A stretch of 63,410 nucleotides of DNA, counting the filler, from Folioceros fuciformis (lineage: Eukaryota), in the NCBI GenBank assembly GCA_049999805.1. It is 24 parts of 24 records of this genome, joined end to end, with 100 filler letters (N's around TTAATTAATTAA, not from the genome) between each part and the next. Parts side by side here need not be neighbours in the genome. Positions count along the whole stretch, not along the records: positions 35,128 to 36,251 come from JBNGIO010000613.1; positions 36,352 to 37,354 come from JBNGIO010000614.1; positions 37,455 to 38,848 come from JBNGIO010000615.1; positions 38,949 to 40,293 come from JBNGIO010000616.1; positions 40,394 to 43,600 come from JBNGIO010000617.1; positions 43,701 to 45,044 come from JBNGIO010000618.1; positions 45,145 to 46,212 come from JBNGIO010000619.1; 17 more parts are not named here. One strand, written 5' to 3'. Shown here in pieces: positions 35,361-46,312 of this stretch; within the stretch, counting starts at the first letter, position 1, and every line of letters begins with the position of its first letter. Position numbers and translations under genes: made by a program. The notes below the pieces were generated by a model. The model worked only from the letters and a program-made list of their open reading frames with translations, was not told the DNA's origin and ran no database searches.

Positions 35361-36251
35361 TGTAATCCAGACCGGCCAGACCTAGACCTAACCCGTGTTA
35401 AGTTATGATTAACCTTGGACTATGCTTAAGTTAGTTATGTCTGGTTAGGGTTGGACATATATAGAATTACTTTCATATCCTTTCAATATTAGGGTTTAGT
35501 ATAAAACATGCATGAGACATTTGTTTATTCACTTAATCAATTTTGTGTACCCGAGTTTCGTGCTTCTGTTCCCCTCAGCTCTCGATCACAAATGCGTGCA
35601 TATTTCATGCCCGTAAATTCACATGGTATTAGAGCCTCATGCTCTACTACTTGATCAAGTCCTTTGAGAATGCCAAGGACGCGTAATCCCAACAGGAATC
35701 TGAACAGAAGAAGCCGAGGTGGTCACGGAGGGAGATACCCTCAAAGATTACCACACAGCTTGTCTAGAAAAGAAGTTTCAAATCTCTACAAATAGGACTA
35801 CGCTAATCTTTGGCTACGGAAGTTTGCTTATCATTCACGGTGTGGACTTCACAAACCCCCTTCTCAACAACCCGATTGGAATCAAATTGCTGACACTGAG
35901 TTCAAATCTCGCTGTTTGAAGAGAGGGATAAACCCTGACGACTTCAGATACAAGCACCAGGAGAATCCACCACCTGTTTATATGCCTGCAAATTCCAGAC
36001 ATACGGAATTCAGTCACCAGCAAAGTAGCAGCCGGAGCATTGCTGACAAATCTCTGGCTACATCTATGAGAGTGGAGAAATCCCTGTCATTGGTTATCTC
36101 AAATCAGGAACTTATCAAGAACAGAGTAGAAGAATTGGATCTTGCGACAAATCTCGCCATCCAGTATACCTTGGACACAAGACATGACATTAGACAAGTT
36201 TCTAAACTCCTGCAAAGTTTGAGGATTACAATGGAAAGAAACGCGACCTGT
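35361..36251 (+). mobile_element. LTR retroelement 5' end: LTR (35361-35623), PBS and first ORF (from 35670, one internal TAG)
   Basis: TGTAAT...TTCACA followed directly by TGGTATTAGAGC (one mismatch to the tRNA-Met PBS). ORF starts MPRTRNPNRNLNRRSRGG. Confidence 0.7.
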
Positions 36252-36351
36252 NNNNNNNNNNNNNNNNNNNNNNNNNNNNNNNNNNNNNNNNNNNNTTAAT
36301 TAATTAANNNNNNNNNNNNNNNNNNNNNNNNNNNNNNNNNNNNNNNNNNNN

Positions 36352-37140
36352 CACAAGCTTCCTGTGGTGTATCGTCGACAAGAGATCAATCTGACAGAGC
36401 AGGGGTGCGATGACGGTCAGTCAGGAGCCACTTCAGCTCAATCCACAGTCCCTGACGTAAAAAAAAACATGGGTATCCAGCAGTGCCCTAACAGACGGTC
36501 ACACACAGATAAACGAACCTCGTTCAAGAATTCGTTGACACCCTGCTGCGATCTTTTGGTCATGCGTTTCACAGCCACACGCCGATTGTCTGGGAGGACT
36601 CCAAGGAACACTGGACCGACCGCCCCTTCTCCGAGCTTTTCGTCAAAGTTCTTGGTGGCCATCACTATGGATTGTAGAGTGAATGGTCGGGCTTTCCCTC
36701 GTCCACTATGATCGGAAGCAGGAGGAATAATCACAGGGTCTGCATGGATCAGACCACAAAGAAGTCAGCCCTAGAGCTGCATATGCTCCGGCTTTGCATG
36801 CAACAACGCACAGTGGTCAGCCCAACTTACCGATATCCTGAAAAGGTGATGGAGGTGTGTCGATCCTGACTGGTAGTTTCGAGGCACGACGGCAGTAGCA
36901 TATAAGCAGTACTACTAGTAATGTAATTACCAGGATACCTCCCACGATGCCACAACGATGGCACCAATGGAAGTTTTGGCTTTCGAGCTCGCTGGTGCGC
37001 TTGTCGGGCCTGATGGACCTGGTGGTGATACTGTACGTCCTCCTGGTGGTGATACTGTACCTCCTCCTGGTGGTGATACTGGACAAACGGAACCGTTTGC
37101 AGGTTGGCAGCTAAGCTGAAGATTCCCAGAATACCTGCAG
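36352..37140 (-). CDS. Receptor-like kinase fragment (juxtamembrane, TM, kinase subdomains I-IV) with a 1-nt frameshift
   Basis: YSGN, VSPPGG(G/R)T repeats, TM GIVGGILVITLLVVLLICYCRR, FTLQSIVMATKNFDEKLGEGAVGPVFLG..VAVKRM..QQGVNEFLNE, intron, IDLLSTIHHRKL. Confidence 0.88.
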
Positions 37141-37460
37141 CACACCGCGGTGGATGACTGTTGGTCAGGCGCACGCAGATTGCGACATCGAAAAAAAACC
37201 CAGATTCTCCAGCAGACCGAAGTCATCCTCTCACCGAAATGTAGGTATCCTTGTGATGTATGATGCAGGAAAGGAACCATTCAAGTTGTTGTTGGAAACA
37301 TCCGTGGGACAGAGGACACCAAAACTTGAGATTGTGTGACCACAAAGACCATCTNNNNNNNNNNNNNNNNNNNNNNNNNNNNNNNNNNNNNNNNNNNNTT
37401 AATTAATTAANNNNNNNNNNNNNNNNNNNNNNNNNNNNNNNNNNNNNNNNNNNNATCCGG

Positions 37461-37832
37461 CAGTGCTGGTGCGCACAGTAAGTGGATTCCGGATTCTGTC
37501 GAATAACACCAGCCAGAGAAGAGAATGCAGTGACCAGGAAATGCAATCAATTGCATGTTTCGTGGCATCTCCAACCGCGTTTCCGAATGCAGACTGCAGA
37601 CGCACCCGGTACATAATTCCCCTAATTCTATTGCACAAAGAAATGAATGCAACTCGGAGCTGGCAGCGTACCCTTGAGAGTGTTGGGAGCAGTGTGATAG
37701 CGTCTTTTACGGAAGCATTATTCTGAAAATGACGAGATTCCAAGAGCTGCAGTGCTGGTGCGCAGAGTAGGTGGATTCCGGACTGTGCCATGACACCAGC
37801 CACAGCACAGATTGCAGTGACCCGGACATGCT
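37461..37832 (+). repeat. Direct repeat of about 85 bp at about 289-bp spacing
   Basis: CAGTGCTGGTGCGCA.AGTA.GTGGATTCCGGA...ACACCAGCCA...TGCAGTGACC at about 37461 and 37750. Confidence 0.75.
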
Positions 37833-38652
37833 TTCAAGACGCACATTAATCCAGATCATCTGGAAGTTGAAGCATAATGTTTCATTTCCTTCAACTGCAG
37901 CCGACTGATCTTGCATTCAAGCTTCCCTTCTGCAGGGAAAACTGAAATTGAAAAAACTTACACAACACCAGTCTGCAGATGCAACCATGCTTCCGCGCCT
38001 GACTCGATCGTCCGGCCGTGCTTTGCCAATTGCGTCAACCAACTGAAAAGGACAGCCTTCATATCTACAGGAGCTGAACGCTGCTGCCTGACGAAAACTT
38101 TTCTGCATTATCCGAGGTGTGGGGCCGAGGGTGCGTACCGACCACAGGTGCCTTATCTCGGTCATCGCGCCTGCTTGGCCCCAGTAGGTAGTGCGCATGC
38201 AGGCATATTAAATTGCTTACAGTACCAACCTCTGTCGTCTGCTCTCCCGTGACAAAAAAGAAAACAACTTTCTGAAGTAGGACATTCTGCGGCTGCCTGG
38301 AGCCACCTACAATAATGCATATACTGGCCGCGTGCGGACCTCCTCATCAGCTACAAAATGTGGGGAGCAGCATTCCACAGTGACACTTGCAGCAGGACGG
38401 CAAAACTCCTCCCCCCGATCAGCTCTGGATCCAGCAGCTCGGTGAGTCGTAATTCTTTTGCCTCTCGCTCCTCTCCGGATTCGTGACCAGCCTCGATCCC
38501 TGCATCCAGGCTTCTTCCCTCTTCGTGAAGTCTTTGTTTCTAAAGTCGCTTCGATTCGATTCTTTCCAGAGTGCTGGTGTCCGTTTCCGATACAGTAGAC
38601 TACCAGGCACGCGCCACGACTCGTCTGGGTAACACGTCTCATGCCTTGCAGG

Positions 38653-38848
38653 ATGGCGCGAGCCCGGAGCTTGTCCCCCACCGATGTCACGTCGCCGCGA
38701 CTCATGACGGCGCTAGCGCTACTGCTGGCCTGCACCTGCCTGGGCGCGCTGCTGCAGGCGCCGAGCGCCCTTGCCGCGAGCTACGAGGTTGTGGACATCG
38801 CCAGCATCGTCGGTAACGGAAGAATCCAGATCAAGCTCGAGTCCCCCC
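38653..38848 (+). CDS. N-terminus of a secreted protein (signal peptide), weakly like plant GH31 alpha-glucosidase N-termini
   Basis: LMTALALLLACTCLGALLQAPSALA-ASYEVVDIASIVGNGRIQIKLE, GC-rich codons, open to the contig end. Confidence 0.45.
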
Positions 38849-38948
38849 NNNNNNNNNNNNNNNNNNNNNNNNNNNNNNNNNNNNNNNNNNNNTTAATTAA
38901 TTAANNNNNNNNNNNNNNNNNNNNNNNNNNNNNNNNNNNNNNNNNNNN

Positions 38949-40293
38949 ATATAGCTTTAGATAATAGTATTTACTTTATACTATAGTAGATAGTAAAGAG
39001 ATAGTTTAATAGATTTAGTAACTATTTATATTTATATAGAATAGAATAATACTTATTATCTATATATAGATAATTTAGTATATTTTAAATATATATAAAA
39101 CGCTTAGAGTACTAGTTCTAAAGTAAACTAGTTTCTTAACTACTCTAATATTAACTTTAGATTATTATAGAGTTTTTTTCTCTAGATAGTATTCTAATAG
39201 CTCTATTATAGTCTTAATAAAAATCTAAAATTCTATAGATAAAATAGAAAAAGAGTATCTACTAGTAGCTATATACTCTACTTATATAATAAATATATTT
39301 TATAAGTTTTTCTATAATATTTTATAATAGTAGCTTATAGTATTTATTTATAATAGACTTAAAGTAAAAGTAACTTTATTTACTAGTTTATATACTATAG
39401 TAATCTTTTTAGAGAAATATAAGCTCTAGAATAGTTTTTATAGTTATTATTATAACTAATCTACTTTTTTTCTTATCTCTATCTATATACTTAACTTATA
39501 TATTAAGCTTATAATCTATACCTATAACTATAGTCTATTACCTATATCTATAATATATTACTAAAGTATATATATATAATATTTAGATATTTACTTTTAG
39601 TACTATTAAAAAGTATACTAATTATATTACTATAATTATAATTTATTTATACTATACTTAAACTATTACTAATTAGTATTAGATTTATAACTATTCTAAG
39701 TATTACTAGTACTAGTATTATATAGATAGTAATTAGAATAGTTATACTTTAGTAAGTAATTTAATAAGATCTACTCTATATATACTTTAGCTAATATCTA
39801 TAAGTATTTTCTATACTTAATAGTTATATTAATTATTTCTACGCGCTTTATACTATATATAATAATATAGTTACTATAGTAGAAACTCTCTAAACTAATA
39901 CTATAGTAATTAAAACTAGTATTAAGCTTATATAAGTATAGTATACTTTTAATCTTAAGCTTATAAGTATTATAGGCTATACCTAAAAGTATATAAAGTA
40001 CTCGAGATATATAATAAATATAGATATTAAGTATAGTAGTACTTAGATTAAGTTTTATAGATAGAGTAAGTTTAATAGATAGAGTTAAGATAACTAAGTA
40101 GTCTTAAATATAGTACCTAAGTTAGATAACTAAGTTAATTATAATATTCTAGTAATATTAAATTATAAGATTTATATATATAAGGCTTTCTATAGTTCTT
40201 ATAAAGTTCTATAAATTCTATACGTAGATTACTATAGAATTTTATAGTCTTTTTTATAGTTCTATACTTATTTAAAGATACTAAGTATAGAAT
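38949..40293. other. RIP-mutated AT-rich sequence, probably ascomycete DNA
   Basis: Reading the whole 1345 bp I found no CpA or TpG. TpA is extremely frequent; remaining C is mostly in CpT. Confidence 0.85.
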
Positions 40294-40393
40294 NNNNNNN
40301 NNNNNNNNNNNNNNNNNNNNNNNNNNNNNNNNNNNNNTTAATTAATTAANNNNNNNNNNNNNNNNNNNNNNNNNNNNNNNNNNNNNNNNNNNN

Positions 40394-42343
40394 TTACACA
40401 CACCCGGGATGCTGTTTTTGTTGAAGGTGTCGAGGCTCATCAACTAGTGGTAGAAGTCATTTCCGCCAGTTCTAGCTCAGATGGTGAATCCTTTGAAGAG
40501 GTGGAGGAGATTATGGTAGGCCAAATGGCCGTTCCTCTTTAGGTTCCCCAAGCTGTTAATGCTCCTGCACATGTACCACGTGTAGTACCCGTGGTACCCC
40601 AACGTACTTTGAGCCCTAACACACCTATGAGCACTCCTGGACATGCAGTTAGCAGCAGGAATTTATCAGACTCCCCTTCAAATAGCCTAAGTCCTGCTTA
40701 TGAAGCACCCGATGAGATCATCCAGTCAGCCGTACCTAAAGGTCAGCATCTTGCTCCTCGTCGCTCTGCAAGAGCACATCGCCAACCAGACTTCTTAGTG
40801 CTCGACGACTTTAGGCACTCGAAGTTGAATCTCACTTACTGTTTGGCTGCTCACACTGAGCTCTATGAGCCACCAACATATGATGATGCACTAAGTTGTC
40901 CGGATGCTGCTCACTGGCAGCAAGCTATTAATTATGAATTAGCATCTCTATATGAGAATGAGACATGGCGTATTACAAGTCTGCCTGCACACAGAAAACA
41001 AGAAGGTTGCCGCTGGGTGTTTAAAATCAAACTAAAGGCAGACGGCAGCATTCTTAGGTGTAAGGCCCGAGTTGTGGCCAAAGGGTATTCACAGATACCT
41101 GGTGTCGATTATGATGACACCTTCAGCCCCGTGGTAAAGTTAAACACGCTGCGTATGTTTGTTGCTCTTGCTGCTGTGAACAACCTCGAGCTAGAGCAAC
41201 TCGATGTGACCACAACGTTCCTATACGGTAATCTGCTGGAGGAAATCTATATGGAGATCCCTCAAGGTGTTACAGTTCCTACAAACATACCTAAGCCTGT
41301 TTGTCACCTTCAGAAGACTCTGTATGGGCTCAAGCAGAGCCCAAGAGCCTGGTATGCTTGTATTGACACCTATCTGAGGGAGCTTGGGTATGAAAACCTG
41401 CACGCAGACAGCAAAGTTTATGTCAAAAGAGAAGGAGGAAATTTTCTGGCTTTGGCAATTTATGTTGATGGCATCATTTTCATGAGCAATTTGTTTTGAA
41501 TGATTCATGACCTGAAAGAGGCCCTGATGAGAGCCTTCAAGATTACTTATGCTGGTGCCCTAGCTTACTGCCTTGGAATGCAACTCCTTCAGGACAGATC
41601 TGCAGGCACCATATTCCTCCATCAGCAAAAGTATGCACATCAAATCCTATCCAGGTATGGCATGCTAAGCTGCAAACCAATCTCAACTGCTGTAGAACAG
41701 AATGCCAAGTACATGCAGCAGGTGGGGGACATACTGGAATCTGAGCAAGCTCTTGGTGAGCAGTACCCGTCTAAGAACGGGAGTATAATGCACTTAATGA
41801 TAGGCACAAGGCCTGATCTGGCATTTTGCTCAAGCCTCACTTCTCGGTTTGTATCAAACCCCAACAGCTCACATGATGACCTGATGACAAGGGTCTACAG
41901 GTATGTCTCTGGTACAACTGATTGGGGAATTCTGTACAGTGCAAAGGCCGAGAAGGCCTTAAGGCTGGTTGTTTACAGTGATGCGGACTGGGCTGGAGAC
42001 CCAGACAACCGCAAGAGCATCTCAAGCTATGTAGTACTTCTGGCAGGAGGTGCCATCTCTTGGAGTAGCCACAAGCAGTCCACCTTAGCTCTCTCATCGA
42101 CCGAAGCCGAGTATAAAAGCTTGGCTGAAGCCTGCAAGGAAATCACATGGTCAGTGGGAGCTTTGCAAGAGCTCAAAATTCAGCAGGAGCTACTGATTGA
42201 CCTCCTCTACGATAATCATAGTGCAATCGCACTATCTATGAATCCAAGGTTCCACGCGCGCACTAAGCACATCGAGATCCAGCACCATTACATCACGGAG
42301 ACCATTGCACAAGGTATAGTCAGAATCACTTACTGCCCAATAG
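40394..42343 (+). mobile_element. Ty1/copia integrase tail, RT and RNase H
   Basis: ENETW, GCRWVFKIK, KARVVAKGYSQ, LYGLKQSPRAW, IYVDG, GTRPDLAF, YSDADWAGD, RTKHIEIQHHYI. Confidence 0.97.
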
Positions 42344-43600
42344 GTGTGTCTTCAAGGGCATTCTAGATCATGACATGTATAGGTTGAATATTACGTGCAA
42401 TCTTGTCCCTATACCTCAGTGTGCAGCTGTGGTGGCAAAACCCCGGGCACTATTCGCCAACGGGTTCAACCTTTAGCGGCCACACTTATCCCATTGTCGT
42501 TGAGAAATTGGGTTTCGTTCCCACGAAGGAGCGATGGGATTCCTAGCTGCTTTGGATGGAGGGTTGGACTTAATCGACTCGATGACAAATTCGAGGGCTC
42601 CCCTCCAGCTCTGATCAGGAGTGAGACAGATCTCGCTGTCTAGCAATCAATTGCACCTCTCTTGGTGCCCACAAACTCACTCCAATCACTACAACGACCC
42701 TAACTTCTCAAATCTGCGACTTCCCTCACTTCAATTGACTTCACTCACTCACTCACTCACTCCAGCACCAACAACAACCAGCAACCAGCAACGACACCAC
42801 TACCTTCTACACTTTTCTATTGACTCCCCCTACCTGGCAAGAGTCACTAGACTAACCCCAAAGAAAAGCATGCTGCCACCCACGATCCTACCAGACACCA
42901 TGCAAGCACGGTCGGCACTCACTCTAGCCCTGCGAGGAAACAAAAATAACAAATAATGGGGACACGACACAGAGAGCACGATCAAGAATTAAAAGGGACC
43001 CCGCCCTTAATCCTGGCCACCACTTCTCAAAGCTTTACCAAACGCTGTACACATGCACAGTCGGCACATACTACTGTATCCAAGTAGGAACAGCCTGAGA
43101 GAACTCGCAAAGTGATAGCCTACCTCCTACAAGCTCACCTGATCTTATAGGAGCCTCTCTCTCTCTGACTTCATCTCTCTCTATCTTGACAAATATTATT
43201 TTAATAAGACCACTAGCCTAGCCAGAAGTCACCAGCCACTTATTCAGACTTTCCTAGCACATCCTGCCGCCAATGAGCTGGCCCTACAACCTGCTGACCC
43301 TACGACCACAAGTATCTACCACCTCTCAAACTATCCTAAGACTTTGAAGGATGCTTAATCTTCAAAGATCTGTGGACGCCGCCTCTTCCTTGTTGGATGG
43401 TCGCCCACTAAGCCTTCCTCTGCAAGTGTTCCCCCTTGGTGGCTGAGCCTACTTCCAAGAGAGGAGTATGAGTAGTAGGAAAGATAGAGAAGAGGTGGGA
43501 AGGAGTGGGATCAGCAGCCGGAACTTGGCCTGAAAACGGCAGGTTATTTAGTACAATCAGCTTCCAGTCAAAGTGGTTCCTCGGCCATGGAAGACTAACC
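42344..43600. mobile_element. LTR-like non-coding insertion interrupting the copia RNase H
   Basis: Begins TGTGT where copia homology stops. Shares an 85-bp motif (42426-42510) with 55460-55544 in inverted orientation. Confidence 0.5.
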
Positions 43601-43700
43601 NNNNNNNNNNNNNNNNNNNNNNNNNNNNNNNNNNNNNNNNNNNNTTAATTAATTAANNNNNNNNNNNNNNNNNNNNNNNNNNNNNNNNNNNNNNNNNNNN

Positions 43701-44089
43701 TAGTGTGTGCAGATTCTTCGTGGTGGCAAGGACCATTGTTCCCCTAACAAGAAGGCGAAGAAGAAGAATTGGATGATCGTGCACTTGAGGGCATTTCGCG
43801 AGCACGTTGTATACGTGCTTTGCAGGGTCTCCTGAACTCCTTCTCCTTACCAATACTGCCGTATGTATATGATGCTGTACAATGCGGGTGAAAGCTCATT
43901 GGTAGCCAGTATGCCGAGGAGTAGGGACATATCTAGACTTTTACTTAACGGCAATTCCTCGTCTAGTCACATCGAATACCGCGTTGCTGTTTCGGCCTTC
44001 AAGATACCAACTGACGCAACTGCGTGGTCAGAAAAAGGGACCGTGATAGCATGGCTCGGTTAAACTTTCTTGGGGTATGTAGCTTGGCA
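43701..44089 (+). repeat. Paralogous copy of the 3' flank of the GRP-type PPR gene (matches 26679-27239, minus strand)
   Basis: Collinear blocks such as ACCATTGTTCCCCTAACAAGAAG, GTATGTATATGATGCTGTACA and TCTAGACTTTTACTTAACGGCAATTCCTCGTCTAGTCACATC. Confidence 0.9.
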
Positions 44090-44388
44090 TGCACTTAACG
44101 TTGACAAGCCTTAAAAATGAAATTCTTGTTTTTCTGATGGCAGCTGACAAGCCATTAACTGTTTTGTATATTTAAACTGAAACATAAAGTTACTGCCTAC
44201 TATCCGTCACATGGTCGAGTGGTCTGAAGCACCAGTCCGACAGCTCGCCCACAGGTATCATAGGACGGCTCACGGTTCACCCCTTCAGGCTTCGGTGGTC
44301 ATACATACATCCGTACAGTGTACCCGGCCGGGGATCTGCCTGGACGAGACTTTTGTGAGAGTCATCTTCCGACAGCGGTCCCTGAAAG

Positions 44389-45044
44389 ATGGCCACAGTA
44401 TGGCAACCGGACCTGTTGTGGACCCAACAAATTGGAATTGGTGTGTGTACAAGGACTCTACCAGGAACCCCCGCTCACCTCAGCTTCGGTAGTGAACCCT
44501 TTGCAAAGAAAGCCTCCAGGTGCAGCGGTGTCAGGAGCCCAGCACTTCCACCTCCGAGAACGAGAACGTGCGTGGGCAGGGACGGGTTTTCCGATGATGC
44601 TGGTAGTTGCCAGGAGCGGCAGGAGCACTTGTGGCAACAACTTTTTCTGGACCCTACAATGTGGTGGGATAACAGACGAGACAAGAAGAGCTCCCGTTCC
44701 CCTCACTTCCGGCGTAAGGGGTCCGGTGAGGTGCTGTGGTTGAACAACAGGTTTAAGCCAGCTTGGGTTGATGAGCAGCTCGTCTCCTTGGATATTCAGA
44801 CTGGTCTCGGTTCCTCTGCTTCCAACTTGAGCTCTCCAGATAATCCTGAACCTGGAAGGCGTACAGGTGGTGAAATGGGCTCCAGGGGCAGCAGTGTAAG
44901 AAACCCAGCAGTTCCACATCCAATGGGCCATGGAGTCTCTTCTTTCGAGTGCAGCTCTCTGTGTAACCGTGGATCTGGCAGGCGTGCAGAATTGGAAACG
45001 GGCGTCGTAACTGCTGCAACCGTGAGCATGTTATGTCATCAGGG
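44389..45044 (+). CDS. 5' part of a probably organelle-targeted protein with an OSB-type PDF motif, probably a PDF-PPR protein
   Basis: S/R/P-rich N-terminus, then HLWQQLFLDPTMWWDNRRDKKSSRSPHFRRKGSGEVLWLNNRFKPAWVDEQL. Ends VTAATVSMLCHQG, matching VTDESVSSLGQEG that opens the PPR tract of the 18890-21904 pseudogene. Confidence 0.8.
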
Positions 45045-45144
45045 NNNNNNNNNNNNNNNNNNNNNNNNNNNNNNNNNNNNNNNNNNNNTTAATTAATTAA
45101 NNNNNNNNNNNNNNNNNNNNNNNNNNNNNNNNNNNNNNNNNNNN

Positions 45145-46212
45145 TCGGATCATCTGCAGTGAGGTCAGGTTCATCTTCAGGAAAGACGTCTTTAGTTTGA
45201 AGAGGGACAGTTGGTGTAGGTTGTGGAGTGACCACATGTTCATCATGTGTTAAAGATTCTGTTGTAGATGCATCCTGGTCAGCATTCGTAAGACGCTCTA
45301 AAACAGGTACATCTCTGCTCTTTCCTGAGGCTTGCAACAGAAACTGCTCGTCGAATATAACGTTTCTGGCATGCAGGAAATGTCGACGTAGGGGGTCATA
45401 GAGCTTATAGCCCTTAATGCCTTTTGTGTAGCCGATGAACAGGTGCTTGGTTGCCTTAAAATCCATCTTGCGTCTAACCTGATCAGGTGTATGTACATAT
45501 GCTGGACAACCTCATATTCGCAAGTGGTCCACTCGAGGCTTGATGCCAGTCCATCTTTCAAAACGTGTAGCGTTGGCGAAGGCACGAGTGGGTAGCCGTT
45601 TTTGTATGTAAACAGCAGTAGCAACAGCTCAAAAGCTTCGAGGAAGCCGAGCCAAATGCAGCATCGACTTGGCAGTAGCTTGAGTGACTTTATTTTTATT
45701 CTCAGGGAGAGGATTTTGTTCATGCTTGTAGGGACTTGTAAGTTGGCGAAGTATACCCTCCCGTGAGCAAAACTCCGTGAATTCCCCTGAGTTAAACTCA
45801 CCGCCATTGTCACTTCTCAAGCATTTCAGTTTCTAACCTGTAAAGCATTGAGCATAGGCGAGGTACAGAAGGAAGCAAGAGAATGCTTCATCTTTACGCT
45901 TGAGAAAATAAGTAACAGTGAACCGACTCTAGTCATCAATCAAGTGCATGAAATAGAGAGCACCCCCAAGAGATCTAGTGGACATGGGTCCGCATAGGTC
46001 AGTGTGCACAGTCTGAAGCAGGGTAGTTGCTCTTGTGGCATCTTGACTTGGATGGGGAGCCTTATGGTGCTTTCCTTGGATGTAGGCTTCACAGAAGATA
46101 GTCTTCTCTGATTTGAAGTGAAGTGGCGTCCGATACAAGGAAGAAGATGGCAGAGTCTGAAGACATTGTAAATGAACATGTCCCAAGCGGCAGTGCCATA
46201 GCTGTGTCTCAT
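45145..46212 (-). mobile_element. Ty1/copia integrase (decayed)
   Basis: LWHCRLGH, VHTDLCGP, LRSDNGGEF, FIGYTKGIKGYKLYDP. Confidence 0.95.
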
Positions 46213-46312
46213 NNNNNNNNNNNNNNNNNNNNNNNNNNNNNNNNNNNNNNNNNNNNTTAATTAATTAANNNNNNNNNNNNNNNNNNNNNNNNNNNNNNNN
46301 NNNNNNNNNNNN

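Noticed and set aside
35624-35635. Endogenous caulimovirid primer site
   Set aside because: It follows directly on a TG...CA LTR-like segment, and no movement protein, coat protein or viral RT is visible.
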